This document shows positions 9,279-19,610 of a stretch of DNA of 64,000 bases, piece after piece. The stretch spans positions 92,730 to 156,729 of the forward strand of contig CAIMPC010000007.1 in NCBI GenBank assembly GCA_903843285.1, given 5' to 3'. Positions within the stretch are counted from its first letter, which is position 1. Each line of letters opens with the position of its first letter. Source of the stretch: Candidatus Omnitrophota bacterium (GTDB lineage: Bacteria; Omnitrophota; Gorgyraeia; 2-01-FULL-45-10). The notes beneath the pieces are model-generated. The model was not told where the DNA came from. It saw nothing but the letters and a program-made list of their open reading frames with translations, and made no database searches. The translations under genes and the position numbers were made by a program.

Positions 9279-11060
9279 GTGGAGCATATCACAGGGATTG
9301 TTAAAAAAAATAAGTTTATATTTTCAATGCTGGTGCTGTCATTTTTATGCTGGGGAAGACTTTTATTCCTGAGAGGCATATGGGTGGATGACTGGGCTTG
9401 GATATGGCACTATTTCAGTACCGGCAGCTTATCCGAATTTATCGCACCACTATCGAGTCTGCGTCATCCCTTGGATGGTCTGTTATTTTACGCGAATTTT
9501 AAACTGCTGGATATCATTCCGGCGCAGGCGGATAACATATGGAATATCTGGAAGTTCATATTTTTCATTACTAATCCGATCCTCCTCTATCTGATATTGA
9601 GGGGCTTGATGAAGAACCGCTCCATATTACCGGCAACAATAGCTGCGATCTATTTAACTTCTCCGATCGTCCATAATCTTTGCACGGTCGAGCTTGGCCG
9701 ACGGGTTTATATCTTCGCCTTCCTTGTTTCGATATTGCTATCGATGCTGTCAGTGCGTAAGAGCGGTATCAGGATAACATATTATATATCGGCGGCGATC
9801 CTTTCGGTAATTTCCATTTGCGGCATCGAGAGTTTCTTCTTCTTTGAGCTTGCCCGACCGGCTCTTATATTTTATTTGTTTAATAAAGACCGGAGAGACA
9901 GTTCTCTGAAAAATACCGGTAAAACCGTGATATATTGCATGCCTTTTTTTATTTTAGGGTCATTTATATTATTGTTTAATATGGGAGTCATAAGACCGCG
10001 TTCAGGTGTCTATGCCGATGCTTACACTCTATATCATGTGTCACTGGGCAAGTACCTGATGATCGTTATTAAAGCATATGCTGTGTCTATCGTCCGGTTA
10101 TTTGAGTTTAATTTTCATTTGTTCTTCAATAAGTCCATCCTCGCCAAGGACTATATTTATATATCGTTCACAGCCTTACTGTCAGCGATACTTATGATTT
10201 TTACACTCTTCAGGATCGATAACTCTAAGATAAGCCGTGAAGACCATAGCGATATCGCGATGGAGGCCAGGTCCTGGGTTATCATCGGGGCCATTCTTAC
10301 CATTCTGGGGCTGTTCCCTTACATGGTAGTGCGCGGAGCCTTGTCATTCGGCATCGGAAGCAAGCACGCGATCTTGGCTAGTATTGGTTTTTCAATATTT
10401 TTAGCATCAGCTCTTCTTTGGCTCTATCACAGCGTTCATATAAGAAAGGCTTTCTATTATATTCTATTCGCGGGGGTAATATTTCTCGGCGTCTTTAACT
10501 GCAACGTCGCCGTTAAGGCGTATAGTGATGACTGGCAGCAGCAAAAAGCTTTTTGGGCCGGGTTCGTCAAAAAGGTTCCAGAAATAAAGAAGAACACGTA
10601 TCTTATCGTTGATATGCCGCGCAATGAGCATATGTTTTTAGGCGAGTGGCGGGGTACTTTTGAATTCTCGGCGCCGCTAAACCTGATTTACGCCGCCTCA
10701 AGAAGTAAAGATGACGTGAATAGTCATTTTGCGGATACCTTCGAAGATGCCATGAATGCCGGCTCTGAGCAATCGTACGTAAATATTAGAGATAAGGCAG
10801 AGATCGAGTTTGAGTCGTACAAAGGAATACAGAAGCTGTATCCAAGAAATCTGATAATGGCGTCTTATCATGACGGACGATTATACCTTAATGATGAAAT
10901 TGAAAATTCCGGGCTGGGCGCTGAGGCTTGCGATGCGGCAGCTCATGCGTCGAAAGATCAGATAATTTACGGAAACAGAGCGGCCAGTCATCCGCTGCGA
11001 AGGATAATGGGATTTGAAGATAAAGATTTTCAGCCGATTAAACAGGTGATGAACAAGTAA
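9279..11060 (+). CDS. Polytopic membrane protein, GT-C-like glycosyltransferase candidate
   Basis: About 10-11 hydrophobic segments, acidic WVDDW motif after TM1, soluble C-terminal domain. Confidence 0.6.
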   Translation: MEHITGIVKKNKFIFSMLVLSFLCWGRLLFLRGIWVDDWAWIWHYFSTGSLSEFIAPLSSLRHPLDGLLFYANFKLLDIIPAQADNIWNIWKFIFFITNPILLYLILRGLMKNRSILPATIAAIYLTSPIVHNLCTVELGRRVYIFAFLVSILLSMLSVRKSGIRITYYISAAILSVISICGIESFFFFELARPALIFYLFNKDRRDSSLKNTGKTVIYCMPFFILGSFILLFNMGVIRPRSGVYADAYTLYHVSLGKYLMIVIKAYAVSIVRLFEFNFHLFFNKSILAKDYIYISFTALLSAILMIFTLFRIDNSKISREDHSDIAMEARSWVIIGAILTILGLFPYMVVRGALSFGIGSKHAILASIGFSIFLASALLWLYHSVHIRKAFYYILFAGVIFLGVFNCNVAVKAYSDDWQQQKAFWAGFVKKVPEIKKNTYLIVDMPRNEHMFLGEWRGTFEFSAPLNLIYAASRSKDDVNSHFADTFEDAMNAGSEQSYVNIRDKAEIEFESYKGIQKLYPRNLIMASYHDGRLYLNDEIENSGLGAEACDAAAHASKDQIIYGNRAASHPLRRIMGFEDKDFQPIKQVMNK

Positions 11061-11074
11061 AACGCGGATATGGT

Positions 11075-12199
11075 ATGTATAAAACAGACATTGTGATAAT
11101 AGGGGCCGGCGTTATCGGATTGGCTGTCGCGAATGAACTTAGCGATCTGTCTAAAGATATAGTTGTTCTGGAAAAGAACGATAGTTTTGGCCGTGAGACA
11201 AGCTCCAGGAATAGCGAAGTCATTCATGGCGGGATATATTATATGCCCGGCAGCCTTAAAGCCTTAATGTGCGTACGGGGCAGGGAGCTCTTGTATGAAT
11301 TCTGCGCGAATAACAAAGTGCCTAATAAGAAGACGGGTAAGCTTATAGTCGCTACAGAGAAGGAGGAGGTCGGCTCGATTGCATCACTCTTCAGCAATGC
11401 GCGTCAGAACGGGGTTAAGGGCTTGAGGATCATCGGCCGGGAAGAGATCAGTGTTATGGAACCGGAGGTTCGCGGAATAGAGGCGCTGTATTCCCCTGAA
11501 ACGGGGATAGTCGATTCCCATAGTCTCATGCAGCGGCTGCTGGACAGGGCTAAAGCTAAAGGCGTTTCGGTGGTTTTTGAATCCGAGGTCACGGCTATAA
11601 GAAAAGACAAAGATATTTATAACGTTACGGTAAAGGGCGGGAATGAGACGACGGCCTTATCGGCAAGGGTCGTGGTCAATTGCGCCGGCCTCGATTCAGA
11701 CCTGGTAGCCGCTATGACGGGGCTCGATATAAAAGAACGTAAATATGAGCTGCAATACTGTAAGGGGCAGTATTTTCGTCTTAATAGAAAGAAGGCCGGG
11801 CGCGTAAAGATGTTAGTGTATCCCGTGCCAAATCCGGTATCCGGCGGGCTTGGTATACACGCCACCCCTGACCTTGCCGGAGGACTCCGATTAGGCCCCG
11901 ACCATGAAAAGATGAAGGGGCGTATTAAGGATTATTCAGTGGATGAGTCGAGAAAGAAGGATTTCTGCGCATCTGTCAGCAAGTTCCTGCCTTTCATTGA
12001 AGAAAGAGATGTCTTTACCGATACAGCAGGAATAAGGCCCGAATTACGCGATGACGCAAACGGCTATCGCGATTTTATCGTAAAGGAAGAGGCCCCGGCC
12101 GGACTTCCCGGATTTATCAATATGGTAGGGATAGAATCTCCGGGGCTGACTGCTTCACTGGCGATGGCCGAGCATGTGAGAAAGCTTGTCAGGCTGTAA
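11075..12199 (+). CDS. FAD-dependent oxidoreductase, L-2-hydroxyglutarate oxidase (LhgO)-like
   Basis: IIGAGVIG, ETSSRNSEVIHGGIYY, GIESPGLTASLA. Confidence 0.87.
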   Translation: MYKTDIVIIGAGVIGLAVANELSDLSKDIVVLEKNDSFGRETSSRNSEVIHGGIYYMPGSLKALMCVRGRELLYEFCANNKVPNKKTGKLIVATEKEEVGSIASLFSNARQNGVKGLRIIGREEISVMEPEVRGIEALYSPETGIVDSHSLMQRLLDRAKAKGVSVVFESEVTAIRKDKDIYNVTVKGGNETTALSARVVVNCAGLDSDLVAAMTGLDIKERKYELQYCKGQYFRLNRKKAGRVKMLVYPVPNPVSGGLGIHATPDLAGGLRLGPDHEKMKGRIKDYSVDESRKKDFCASVSKFLPFIEERDVFTDTAGIRPELRDDANGYRDFIVKEEAPAGLPGFINMVGIESPGLTASLAMAEHVRKLVRL

Positions 12200-12212
12200 A
12201 TCGTTTTGACTA

Positions 12213-12242
12213 TAGACATAGTTAGTCGCGGCAGTGTATAAT
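12213..12242 (+). promoter_or_regulatory. sigma70-like promoter (internal)
   Basis: TAGACA (12213-12218), 18-bp spacer, TATAAT (12237-12242) in a 101-bp intergenic gap. Confidence 0.5.
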
Positions 12243-12300
12243 TTATGATTGCGCTGGTTTACATCCGGCACAGGTAATTTAATTAACCGGAGCATGATTT

Positions 12301-13836
12301 ATGGCTGAACATAAGAGCGTTATCCTGATATATCCGAAAACCGGTATGGATTTCGGATCGACTGTCGCCCCGCCCCATTCGCTATTGACTATTGCTGCTC
12401 CATTGCACAGCGAAGGCTATCGAGTAAAGATAATAGATCAAAGAGTGGACAGAGACTGGAATAAACATCTGGCCGATGAGCTGATGCTTGACCCTATATG
12501 TATCGGGATATCCTCTATGACTGGTATGCATATACATTTTGCTGTTGAAGCGGCCAGGATCGTCAGGTCATTAACCAAGAATCGCGCGGTGCCTATTGTG
12601 TGGGGAGGCCCGCATCCGTCCATATTGCCGGAGCAGACACTTAATAGCGATTACGTGGATATAGTATGTGTCGGTGAAGGGGATATCACATTTAATGAAC
12701 TTGTAAAGGTCCTCGAGAAAGGTGGGGACCTGTCGGGAGTAAAGGGAATTGCGTTTAAGGATGGCAATAAAGCAGTAGTGAATTCTCCTGCTCCATTGAT
12801 CGACGTGGAAAAGCTACTGCCCGTACCATGGGAACTGATCGACGTGGAAAAGTATATTCATCCGGATATGTATCTTAAAGAAAGCTCCCGAACTTTAGAT
12901 ATAGGGCAGACGAGCAGGGGTTGCCCTTTCAGCTGCGGTTTCTGCTGCAGCGCCAGCCTGAGAATGAGGAAATGGCGCGCGATGTCAGTAGAGCGAAGCC
13001 TGCAGGCGATCGTGGATCCGATCAGGAGATTTAAGCTTAACGGTATCTGGATAAGGGATGACGAGTTCTATATTGACAGAGAAAGAGCTTCACGGATATG
13101 CGAGGGGATAATAAGAGAGAAGCTAAGCATAAGCTGGTATACATCAGGAACGAGAGTCGATGTATTTAATAAGGCATCCGATGAGCAGACGTCCCTGCTA
13201 AAGAAGAGCGGCGCGTACGTTCTGAAATATGGGGCCGAATCCGGCTCAGACAGGATCCTTAAGATGATAGAGAAGGGCATAAAAGTCGAAGATACTATCA
13301 GGGCCAACCTTAAGGCAAAGAAACATGGCATAACTCCGGCTTTTTCTTTGATGATAGGCTTTCCCACTCAGACGTTCGAAGAGATAGATGCTACCATTGA
13401 GCTTATGTTCAGGCTTAAGAGAGATAACCCCAGCGCGCAATTTGAGGCCATAGCGACCTATACCGCATTGCCGGGAACCCCGATGTACGATCTGGCTCTT
13501 AAGAACGGTTTGAAACCGCCTGATAGTTTGGAGGGATGGATTAACTGGAATTTTATCGATTATGACCTGGAGGGAGAGAGGATCCCGTGGTTCGATCTTG
13601 ATGCAAGAAGAAAGATAGGGAATATATGCTATTTAAGCATCCTGGCTAACGGGTTTCGCAATGCCATTGACAGCATAGAGAATGTGCTATTAAGGATGGT
13701 GGCGAAAGCATTTTATACGCCCATTAGTCTGTTTTATCGTCTCAGGCTTGAGCGAAAATGGTATAATTTTTCATGGGATCTCATGATCATAAGATTCATA
13801 AGGGCGAAACTTTTCTACAAGGGTTATTCCAAATAA
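12301..13836 (+). CDS. Cobalamin-binding radical SAM protein (2 of 8)
   Basis: WGGPHPS, GEGD, SRGCPFSCGFC, GAESGS. Confidence 0.92.
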   Translation: MAEHKSVILIYPKTGMDFGSTVAPPHSLLTIAAPLHSEGYRVKIIDQRVDRDWNKHLADELMLDPICIGISSMTGMHIHFAVEAARIVRSLTKNRAVPIVWGGPHPSILPEQTLNSDYVDIVCVGEGDITFNELVKVLEKGGDLSGVKGIAFKDGNKAVVNSPAPLIDVEKLLPVPWELIDVEKYIHPDMYLKESSRTLDIGQTSRGCPFSCGFCCSASLRMRKWRAMSVERSLQAIVDPIRRFKLNGIWIRDDEFYIDRERASRICEGIIREKLSISWYTSGTRVDVFNKASDEQTSLLKKSGAYVLKYGAESGSDRILKMIEKGIKVEDTIRANLKAKKHGITPAFSLMIGFPTQTFEEIDATIELMFRLKRDNPSAQFEAIATYTALPGTPMYDLALKNGLKPPDSLEGWINWNFIDYDLEGERIPWFDLDARRKIGNICYLSILANGFRNAIDSIENVLLRMVAKAFYTPISLFYRLRLERKWYNFSWDLMIIRFIRAKLFYKGYSK

Positions 13837-13837
13837 G

Positions 13838-14809
13838 ATGAATGCCATATCTAAAGACGTATCGATCGAGCTCTACAATATTATGATGCGGATCAGGCTG
13901 GTGGAGCTTAAGATCGAGGAACTATATGCGCAAGATGAGATGAGGACGCCGATTCATCTGTGTGTAGGACAGGAGGCGATAGCAGCCGGAGTATGCGCAA
14001 ATCTAAATAAGGCAGACTATGTATTCAGTAATCATAGAGGACATGGCCACTACATAGCAAAGGGCGGCGATCTGAGAGCTATGGTCGCGGAGCTCTACTG
14101 TAAGGAGACGGGGTGTTCAAGGGGCAGGGGCGGATCGATGCACCTAATCGATACGTCGGTAGGCTTCATGGGATGCTCTTCGATAGTAGGCGGCAGCATA
14201 CCGATAGCGACAGGCGCGGCCCTGAACTCACTTCTGTGCAAGGATGGCAGGGTGTCAGTAGTCTTCTTCGGTGATGCGGCCTCCGAAGAAGGCGTTCTGT
14301 TCGAAAGTATGAACTTCGCAGCCTTAAAAAATTTACCCATCGTCTATATCTGCGAAAATAATTTTTACTCTGTTTGCTCTCACCAAACCGCCAGACAGGC
14401 AAACTGCGACATATCAATGAGGCCAAAAGCTTTCGATATATCTTCCTGTAAAGTCGACGGCTCGGAAGTCATGGAAGTATATGCAGAGTCAAAAAAGGCC
14501 ATCGATAAAGCGCGATCCGGCAAGGGTCCGTCTTTTTTAGAATGCCGCGCATATCGCTGGAGGGGCCACGTGGGTCCCGGGGATCCGCAGAAGGATTCCT
14601 ATAGAGAGCAGAAAGAATGGGTAGAATGGATGAAGAAAGACCCTCTTAAGAAGTTTGAGGACTCTTTAACGAAAAGCGATATTTTGGATGACGCGTGCAT
14701 AAAAAATATCAGATGTAAGATCGATGAGGATATTTCAGAAGCTTTTGAATTTGCCAAAAATTCCCCATTGCCGGACAGAAGAGAGCTTGAAAAATATCTA
14801 TATGGTTAA
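13838..14809 (+). CDS. ThDP-dependent dehydrogenase E1 alpha-like subunit
   Basis: HLCVGQEA, HRGHGH, GRGGSMH, FFGDAA, ENN, YRWRGH. Confidence 0.92.
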   Translation: MNAISKDVSIELYNIMMRIRLVELKIEELYAQDEMRTPIHLCVGQEAIAAGVCANLNKADYVFSNHRGHGHYIAKGGDLRAMVAELYCKETGCSRGRGGSMHLIDTSVGFMGCSSIVGGSIPIATGAALNSLLCKDGRVSVVFFGDAASEEGVLFESMNFAALKNLPIVYICENNFYSVCSHQTARQANCDISMRPKAFDISSCKVDGSEVMEVYAESKKAIDKARSGKGPSFLECRAYRWRGHVGPGDPQKDSYREQKEWVEWMKKDPLKKFEDSLTKSDILDDACIKNIRCKIDEDISEAFEFAKNSPLPDRRELEKYLYG

Positions 14810-14814
14810 ATAAT

Positions 14815-15858
14815 ATGCCCTGGACAAAATTTATCATTGAAAAACAAGAACCGGGCTACGATGAGCACGCAGGTGGATCCGATCGGAAATTGACCGTACC
14901 TGAGGCCATAAGAGAGACGCTGGACCGGGCGCTTGCGATAGATAAGCAAGTCTTCGTAATGGGTCAGGGAGTTGACGATCCTTCGGGCATGTTCGGGATG
15001 ACGCTGGGCCTTCAGGAGAAATATGGTAAGGAGAGAGTATTTGATACGCCTTTGTCAGAGAATGCGCTGACGGGTATAGGCGTGGGGGCGGCTCTTACCG
15101 GGTCCAAACCCGTGTATTTTCATAACAGGCCTGACTTTCTGCTTTTAGCGATGGATCAGATCGTCAACCATGCAGCCAAATATAGTTACATGTTCGGAGG
15201 TAGAGTAAGGATCCCGTTAGTAATAGTCGCGATAATAGGGAGAGGGTGGGGTTCCGCCGCGCAGCATTCGCAGTCTCTGCACGGGTTATTTATGCACATA
15301 CCTGGCTTGCGCCTCGTCATGCCCAGCACGGCATACGACGCGAAAGGGTTATTGGCCGCCAGCATTGCTGATGGGAACCCGGTCATCTTTATTGAGCATC
15401 GCTGGCTGTTTAAACACAGGAGTTATGTTCCTGAGGAGCTGTATACGATCCCACTGGGAAAGGGCCTGGTGCGCCGTAAAGGAAAAGATGTGACGATAGT
15501 AGGTATATCCTATATGGTGATAGAGGCATTGAGGGCGGCGGAGGAGCTTAAAGGTGAGGGGTTTGATGCGGAGATTATCGATCCCAGGACGCTGAGGCCG
15601 CTTGATGAAGAGATTATCCTTGAATCAGTAAAGAAGACCGGGCATCTCGTGATAGCCGATACGGACTGGAAGACCGGCGGTGCTGCATCCGAGATCGCCT
15701 CGATGGTAGCGCAAAAGGGTTTTAAATATCTTAAGGCACCGGTAAAGATAGTAGCCTGGCCGGATGTGCCGGTTCCGGGTAGCTATGTCCTGGAAGAGGC
15801 TTTTTACCCGGGTAAAGACGATATTATAAGATTAGTAAAGGATCTGGTAAATATATGA
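14815..15858 (+). CDS. ThDP-dependent dehydrogenase E1 beta-like subunit
   Basis: FDTPLSEN, AAQHSQS, PVIFIEHR, IDPRTLRPLD. Confidence 0.92.
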   Translation: MPWTKFIIEKQEPGYDEHAGGSDRKLTVPEAIRETLDRALAIDKQVFVMGQGVDDPSGMFGMTLGLQEKYGKERVFDTPLSENALTGIGVGAALTGSKPVYFHNRPDFLLLAMDQIVNHAAKYSYMFGGRVRIPLVIVAIIGRGWGSAAQHSQSLHGLFMHIPGLRLVMPSTAYDAKGLLAASIADGNPVIFIEHRWLFKHRSYVPEELYTIPLGKGLVRRKGKDVTIVGISYMVIEALRAAEELKGEGFDAEIIDPRTLRPLDEEIILESVKKTGHLVIADTDWKTGGAASEIASMVAQKGFKYLKAPVKIVAWPDVPVPGSYVLEEAFYPGKDDIIRLVKDLVNI

Positions 15859-16787
15859 AGATATTAGTTACTGGGGCGGCAGGATACATAGGGTCTGTTT
15901 TGGTTCCCGAATTGTTGAAAGAGGGATTTCAGGTCATCGCGTTAGATAATTTCATGTATAATCAGGCGTCATTACTGGATTGCTGTAATAATAAGAATCT
16001 GACCATAATCCGCGCAGATGTGCGGGACAAGGGAGTGGTTTCTAGATGTTTGAAAGATGCCGATGTCATCATCCCGTTAGCATGCTTTACAGGAGCTCCT
16101 CTTTGCCAGATCAATCCATTCGAAGCTAAGAGTGTGATTTTGGACGCGATAAAGATGATGCTGGATCTGCGCAGTAAAGAACAGATCATCATATATCCCA
16201 CCACAAATAGCGGTTATGGGATAGGCCAGAAGGGAATATACTGTACCGAAAAGACTCCTTTAAAACCCGTATCTCTGTATGGTAAGCTGAAGGTTGAGGC
16301 TGAGAAGGCTCTGCTGGATGTGGGCAACTGCGTTACTTTAAGGCTCGCTACGGCATTTGGGATCAGCCCGAGGATGAGGCTGGACCTCCTGGTAAATGAC
16401 TTCACCTATCGCGCCGTAAACGATCGGTTCTTAGTGCTCTTCGAAGCTCATGCAAAGAGAAATTATATACACGTCCGCGATGTAGCGAAGGCCTTTATTC
16501 ACTGCCTGAATAAGTTCGATCGGATGAAGGATGAGCCGTATAATGTCGGTTTAAGCGATGCCAATCTCAGTAAATGGGAGCTGTGCGAAAAGATCAGGGA
16601 ACAGGTCCCTGACTTCTATTTCATAGAGGCGAATATCGGGGAGGATCCGGATAAGAGGGACTATATCGTCAGCAACCAAAAGATAGAGAAGACCGGATTC
16701 AGTACGAGCATGTCAATGCATGAAGGTATTCTGGAACTGATAAAGGGATATAAGATCATCAGAAGGAACCAATATTCCAATGTCTAA
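15855..16787 (+). CDS. NAD-dependent epimerase/dehydratase (extended SDR)
   Basis: GAAGYIG, YGKLK, RLATAFG.SPRMRLDL. Confidence 0.9.
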   Translation: MKILVTGAAGYIGSVLVPELLKEGFQVIALDNFMYNQASLLDCCNNKNLTIIRADVRDKGVVSRCLKDADVIIPLACFTGAPLCQINPFEAKSVILDAIKMMLDLRSKEQIIIYPTTNSGYGIGQKGIYCTEKTPLKPVSLYGKLKVEAEKALLDVGNCVTLRLATAFGISPRMRLDLLVNDFTYRAVNDRFLVLFEAHAKRNYIHVRDVAKAFIHCLNKFDRMKDEPYNVGLSDANLSKWELCEKIREQVPDFYFIEANIGEDPDKRDYIVSNQKIEKTGFSTSMSMHEGILELIKGYKIIRRNQYSNV

Positions 16788-17532
16788 TATAAATATGGCA
16801 GATAAAGTAACCCTGATAATCCCTACGCTGAATGAGATAGATGGCGTGCGCGTTATCATGCCGAGGATAAAACCCGAATGGTACGATCAACTTATAGCCC
16901 TTGACGGCGGTTCGACCGACGGGACTGTCGAGTATCTGAGGGAGCGTGGTTATGAAGTCGCTTTTCAAAAAGCTGTAGGGTTAAGGAAAGCGTTCATTGA
17001 AAATTATAAGAACGTCAAAGGCGATATAATGATCACCTTCAGCCCCGACGGTAACTCTGTCCCGGAATTAATACCCGCGCTAATTGCCAAGATCAGAGAG
17101 GGCTATGACATGGTCATAGTCTCCAGATATCTGGATGGTGCCAAAAGTTACGATGATACTTTTATTAGCGGATTGGCAAACAAATTCTTCAAAAAAACCA
17201 TCGGCTTACTTTTCGGGTATAAGTACACGGACGCGCTAGTCATATATAGGGCGTACAGGAGAGAGATAGTGGATGAGCTGGGCATCCTTAAGCCGCGATC
17301 CGACTTCTATGAAAAGCACATAGGAAGATATGTAAGCTGGGAGCCTCAATTATCTATCCGCTGCGCAAAGAGAAGATTAAAGATCGCCGAGATCCCGGGA
17401 GACGAGCCTAAAAGAATAGAAGACGAGAGCAAGGTGGGACTGCGGATGCTGCCATCCAGCAGGATAAGACATTTCAGGGTCGGCTTTGCGTGTATAGCCC
17501 TGATCGTAGATGAGTTCTTCAGATTTCGTTAA
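16780..17532 (+). CDS. GT2 glycosyltransferase (DPM1-like)
   Basis: IIPTLNE, DGGSTDGT, FSPDGN, EIPGDEPKR. Confidence 0.87.
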   Translation: MSNINMADKVTLIIPTLNEIDGVRVIMPRIKPEWYDQLIALDGGSTDGTVEYLRERGYEVAFQKAVGLRKAFIENYKNVKGDIMITFSPDGNSVPELIPALIAKIREGYDMVIVSRYLDGAKSYDDTFISGLANKFFKKTIGLLFGYKYTDALVIYRAYRREIVDELGILKPRSDFYEKHIGRYVSWEPQLSIRCAKRRLKIAEIPGDEPKRIEDESKVGLRMLPSSRIRHFRVGFACIALIVDEFFRFR

Positions 17533-17568
17533 ACAGATCAGGCGAAAGGATGGTTAAGGACTAGACAT

Positions 17569-18576
17569 ATGGTTATAAGCAGAACGCCTTTTCGTATATC
17601 TTTCTTTGGAGGGGGGACGGATTATCCTGTGTGGTATAAAGATAATCGCGGTGCGGTATTGACGGTCTCAATAAACAAGTATTGTTATCTGACCTGCCGT
17701 TATCTTCCGCCGTTTTTTAAGCATAAGTCCCGGATCATCTGGTCTGAAATAGAATACGTGAAAGGCATATCCGAGATTCGTCATCCATCGGCCAGGGAAT
17801 GTTTGCGATTTATGGACATCAAGAAAGGTGTGGAGATACATCATGACGGTGATCTGCCTGCCAGGACTGGAATGGGCTCGAGTTCTTCTTTTACGGTCGG
17901 ATTACTTCATGCGCTTTATGCGTTAAAAGGTATCATGCCCACTAAGAGGCAATTGGCGCTTGATGCCATTCACCTAGAACAGGAAGTGATGAAGGAGAAC
18001 GTCGGCTCCCAGGACCAGGCACAAGCCGCCTTTGGCGGATTTAATCTGATAGAATTTGGCGGAAAGGACCATATTATGGTCAGGCCGATGACCATAAATC
18101 CTGATAGATTGGCGCATTTTCACTCTCACCTGATGCTTTTTTATACGGGTCTTTCCAGGACCGCTTCGGAAATAGCGGCTGAGCAGATAAGATGCACCCC
18201 CTACAAGAAGAAAGAGCTGCATATGATGCATGGATTCGTAAATGACGCCATAGAGATCCTAAATGGTAATTCCCGACTGTCAGAGTTCGGGAAACTGTTG
18301 CATGAAAATTGGCTGATCAAGCGAAGCTTGTCCCATAAGATCTCGACAACCGCTATTGACCGAATGTATTCAACCGCTATAAGGGCGGGCGCCTCAGGGG
18401 GCAAACTTCTTGGTGCCGGCGGCGGAGGATTTATGTTAATATTTGCTAAGCCCGAGAATCAGCATGAGATAAGAGAGAAACTAAAAAAACTTTTATACGT
18501 GCCCTTTCGGTTTGAAGATCTGGGTAGCCAGATAATCTTTTACAGTCCCGGAGACTCTTTAACAAGTCCTGTTTAG
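17569..18576 (+). CDS. hddA: GHMP sugar kinase, D-glycero-D-manno-heptose-7-phosphate kinase-like
   Basis: SRTPFRISFFGGGTD, LPARTGMGSSS, GSQDQ, GGKLLGAGGGG. Confidence 0.85.
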   Translation: MVISRTPFRISFFGGGTDYPVWYKDNRGAVLTVSINKYCYLTCRYLPPFFKHKSRIIWSEIEYVKGISEIRHPSARECLRFMDIKKGVEIHHDGDLPARTGMGSSSSFTVGLLHALYALKGIMPTKRQLALDAIHLEQEVMKENVGSQDQAQAAFGGFNLIEFGGKDHIMVRPMTINPDRLAHFHSHLMLFYTGLSRTASEIAAEQIRCTPYKKKELHMMHGFVNDAIEILNGNSRLSEFGKLLHENWLIKRSLSHKISTTAIDRMYSTAIRAGASGGKLLGAGGGGFMLIFAKPENQHEIREKLKKLLYVPFRFEDLGSQIIFYSPGDSLTSPV

Positions 18577-18599
18577 AACTAATTAAGGGCGGGTAGGAT

Positions 18600-19610
18600 A
18601 TGACCGACAAGAGAGATGTTTCACGCGTACTGATAACCGGCATCTACGGTTCAGGCGCCAGTTACCTGGCGGAATACATAGTTCAGAACCATCCGAAGGT
18701 AGAAGTCCATGGGATAGCACGTTGGCATAGCACTGCGCAGATTAAGAATATAGAAGCGATCCGTGATAAGCTGTCGATCCATGAAGCAGATCTTATGGAT
18801 CTCGGTTCCGTCCTAAACGTAATGGAGAGCGTGAAGCCGGACGTTATCTTTCATTTGGCGGCTTACGCAAACGTGAGGGCCTCATTCATCACGCCATATA
18901 GCGTCATGAGCAATAACATCCTTGGGACCGTTAACCTGTTTGATGCTGTCAGGCTGGCAAAACTGGATCCTATGATCCAGCTTTGCAGTACTTCTGAAGT
19001 GTACGGGCAGGTCGATCCAAAAGACGTCCCGATCAAAGAAGGTGCACCGATACGGCCGGTCAATCCGTATTCAGTATCAAAGGCAACCCAGGACCTATTG
19101 GGGTTCAGTTACTTTAAAAGTTACGGTATGCGTATTATCCGCACCCGCATGTTCACGTATATAAATCCCCGCAGAACAGATCTTTTCGCCACATCATTCG
19201 CAAAGCAGATCGCCTGGATCGAGAAAGGCATGCAGAAGGAGCTATTGCACGGCAACCTGGACTCTGTGCGCACGATAGTCGATCCGCGGGACGGAATGCG
19301 AGCATATTGGGACGCGATAATGTTTTGCAAATTCGGTGAAACATATAATATAGGCGGCACGGTCTCTACGACGGTCGGAGAGGTCCTGAAGCGCTTAATA
19401 TCAATGAGTGATCAGGCTATACCGACACGGTTGGATCCCGCCCTTCTGCGTCCGGCGGATGTAACTCTGCAGATACCATGTGTAGATAAATTTGTAAGCC
19501 AGACTGGATGGAAGCCGAGGTACACGATGGAAGAGAGCCTCGAGTATCTTCTTTCTTATTGGCGGAAGGAAGCCGAAAAGGCCGTTAAGATGAGAGAGTT
19601 CGACAGCTAG
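18600..19610 (+). CDS. GDP-mannose/GDP-heptose 4,6-dehydratase-like SDR
   Basis: FHLAA, STSEVYG, PYSVSK, GNLDSVR, LLRPADV. The Rossmann motif is atypical (GIYGSGAS). Confidence 0.85.
   Translation: MTDKRDVSRVLITGIYGSGASYLAEYIVQNHPKVEVHGIARWHSTAQIKNIEAIRDKLSIHEADLMDLGSVLNVMESVKPDVIFHLAAYANVRASFITPYSVMSNNILGTVNLFDAVRLAKLDPMIQLCSTSEVYGQVDPKDVPIKEGAPIRPVNPYSVSKATQDLLGFSYFKSYGMRIIRTRMFTYINPRRTDLFATSFAKQIAWIEKGMQKELLHGNLDSVRTIVDPRDGMRAYWDAIMFCKFGETYNIGGTVSTTVGEVLKRLISMSDQAIPTRLDPALLRPADVTLQIPCVDKFVSQTGWKPRYTMEESLEYLLSYWRKEAEKAVKMREFDS

Noticed and set aside
12199-12210. Possible third operator copy (ATCGTTTTGAC) near the 12.2-kb promoter
   Set aside because: Only a half-site with no matching inverted arm, and it lies upstream of the -35 rather than over the -10.
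12797-12852. 17-bp direct repeat TGATCGACGTGGAAAAG, 39 bp apart
   Set aside because: Only two copies, in frame within a CDS (LIDVEK twice). Not a CRISPR array or regulatory repeat.
13838-15858. Central-metabolism pyruvate/acetoin dehydrogenase
   Set aside because: No E2/E3 or lipoyl genes are nearby and the pair is embedded among nucleotide-sugar genes. A metabolic role is not excluded but is less likely.
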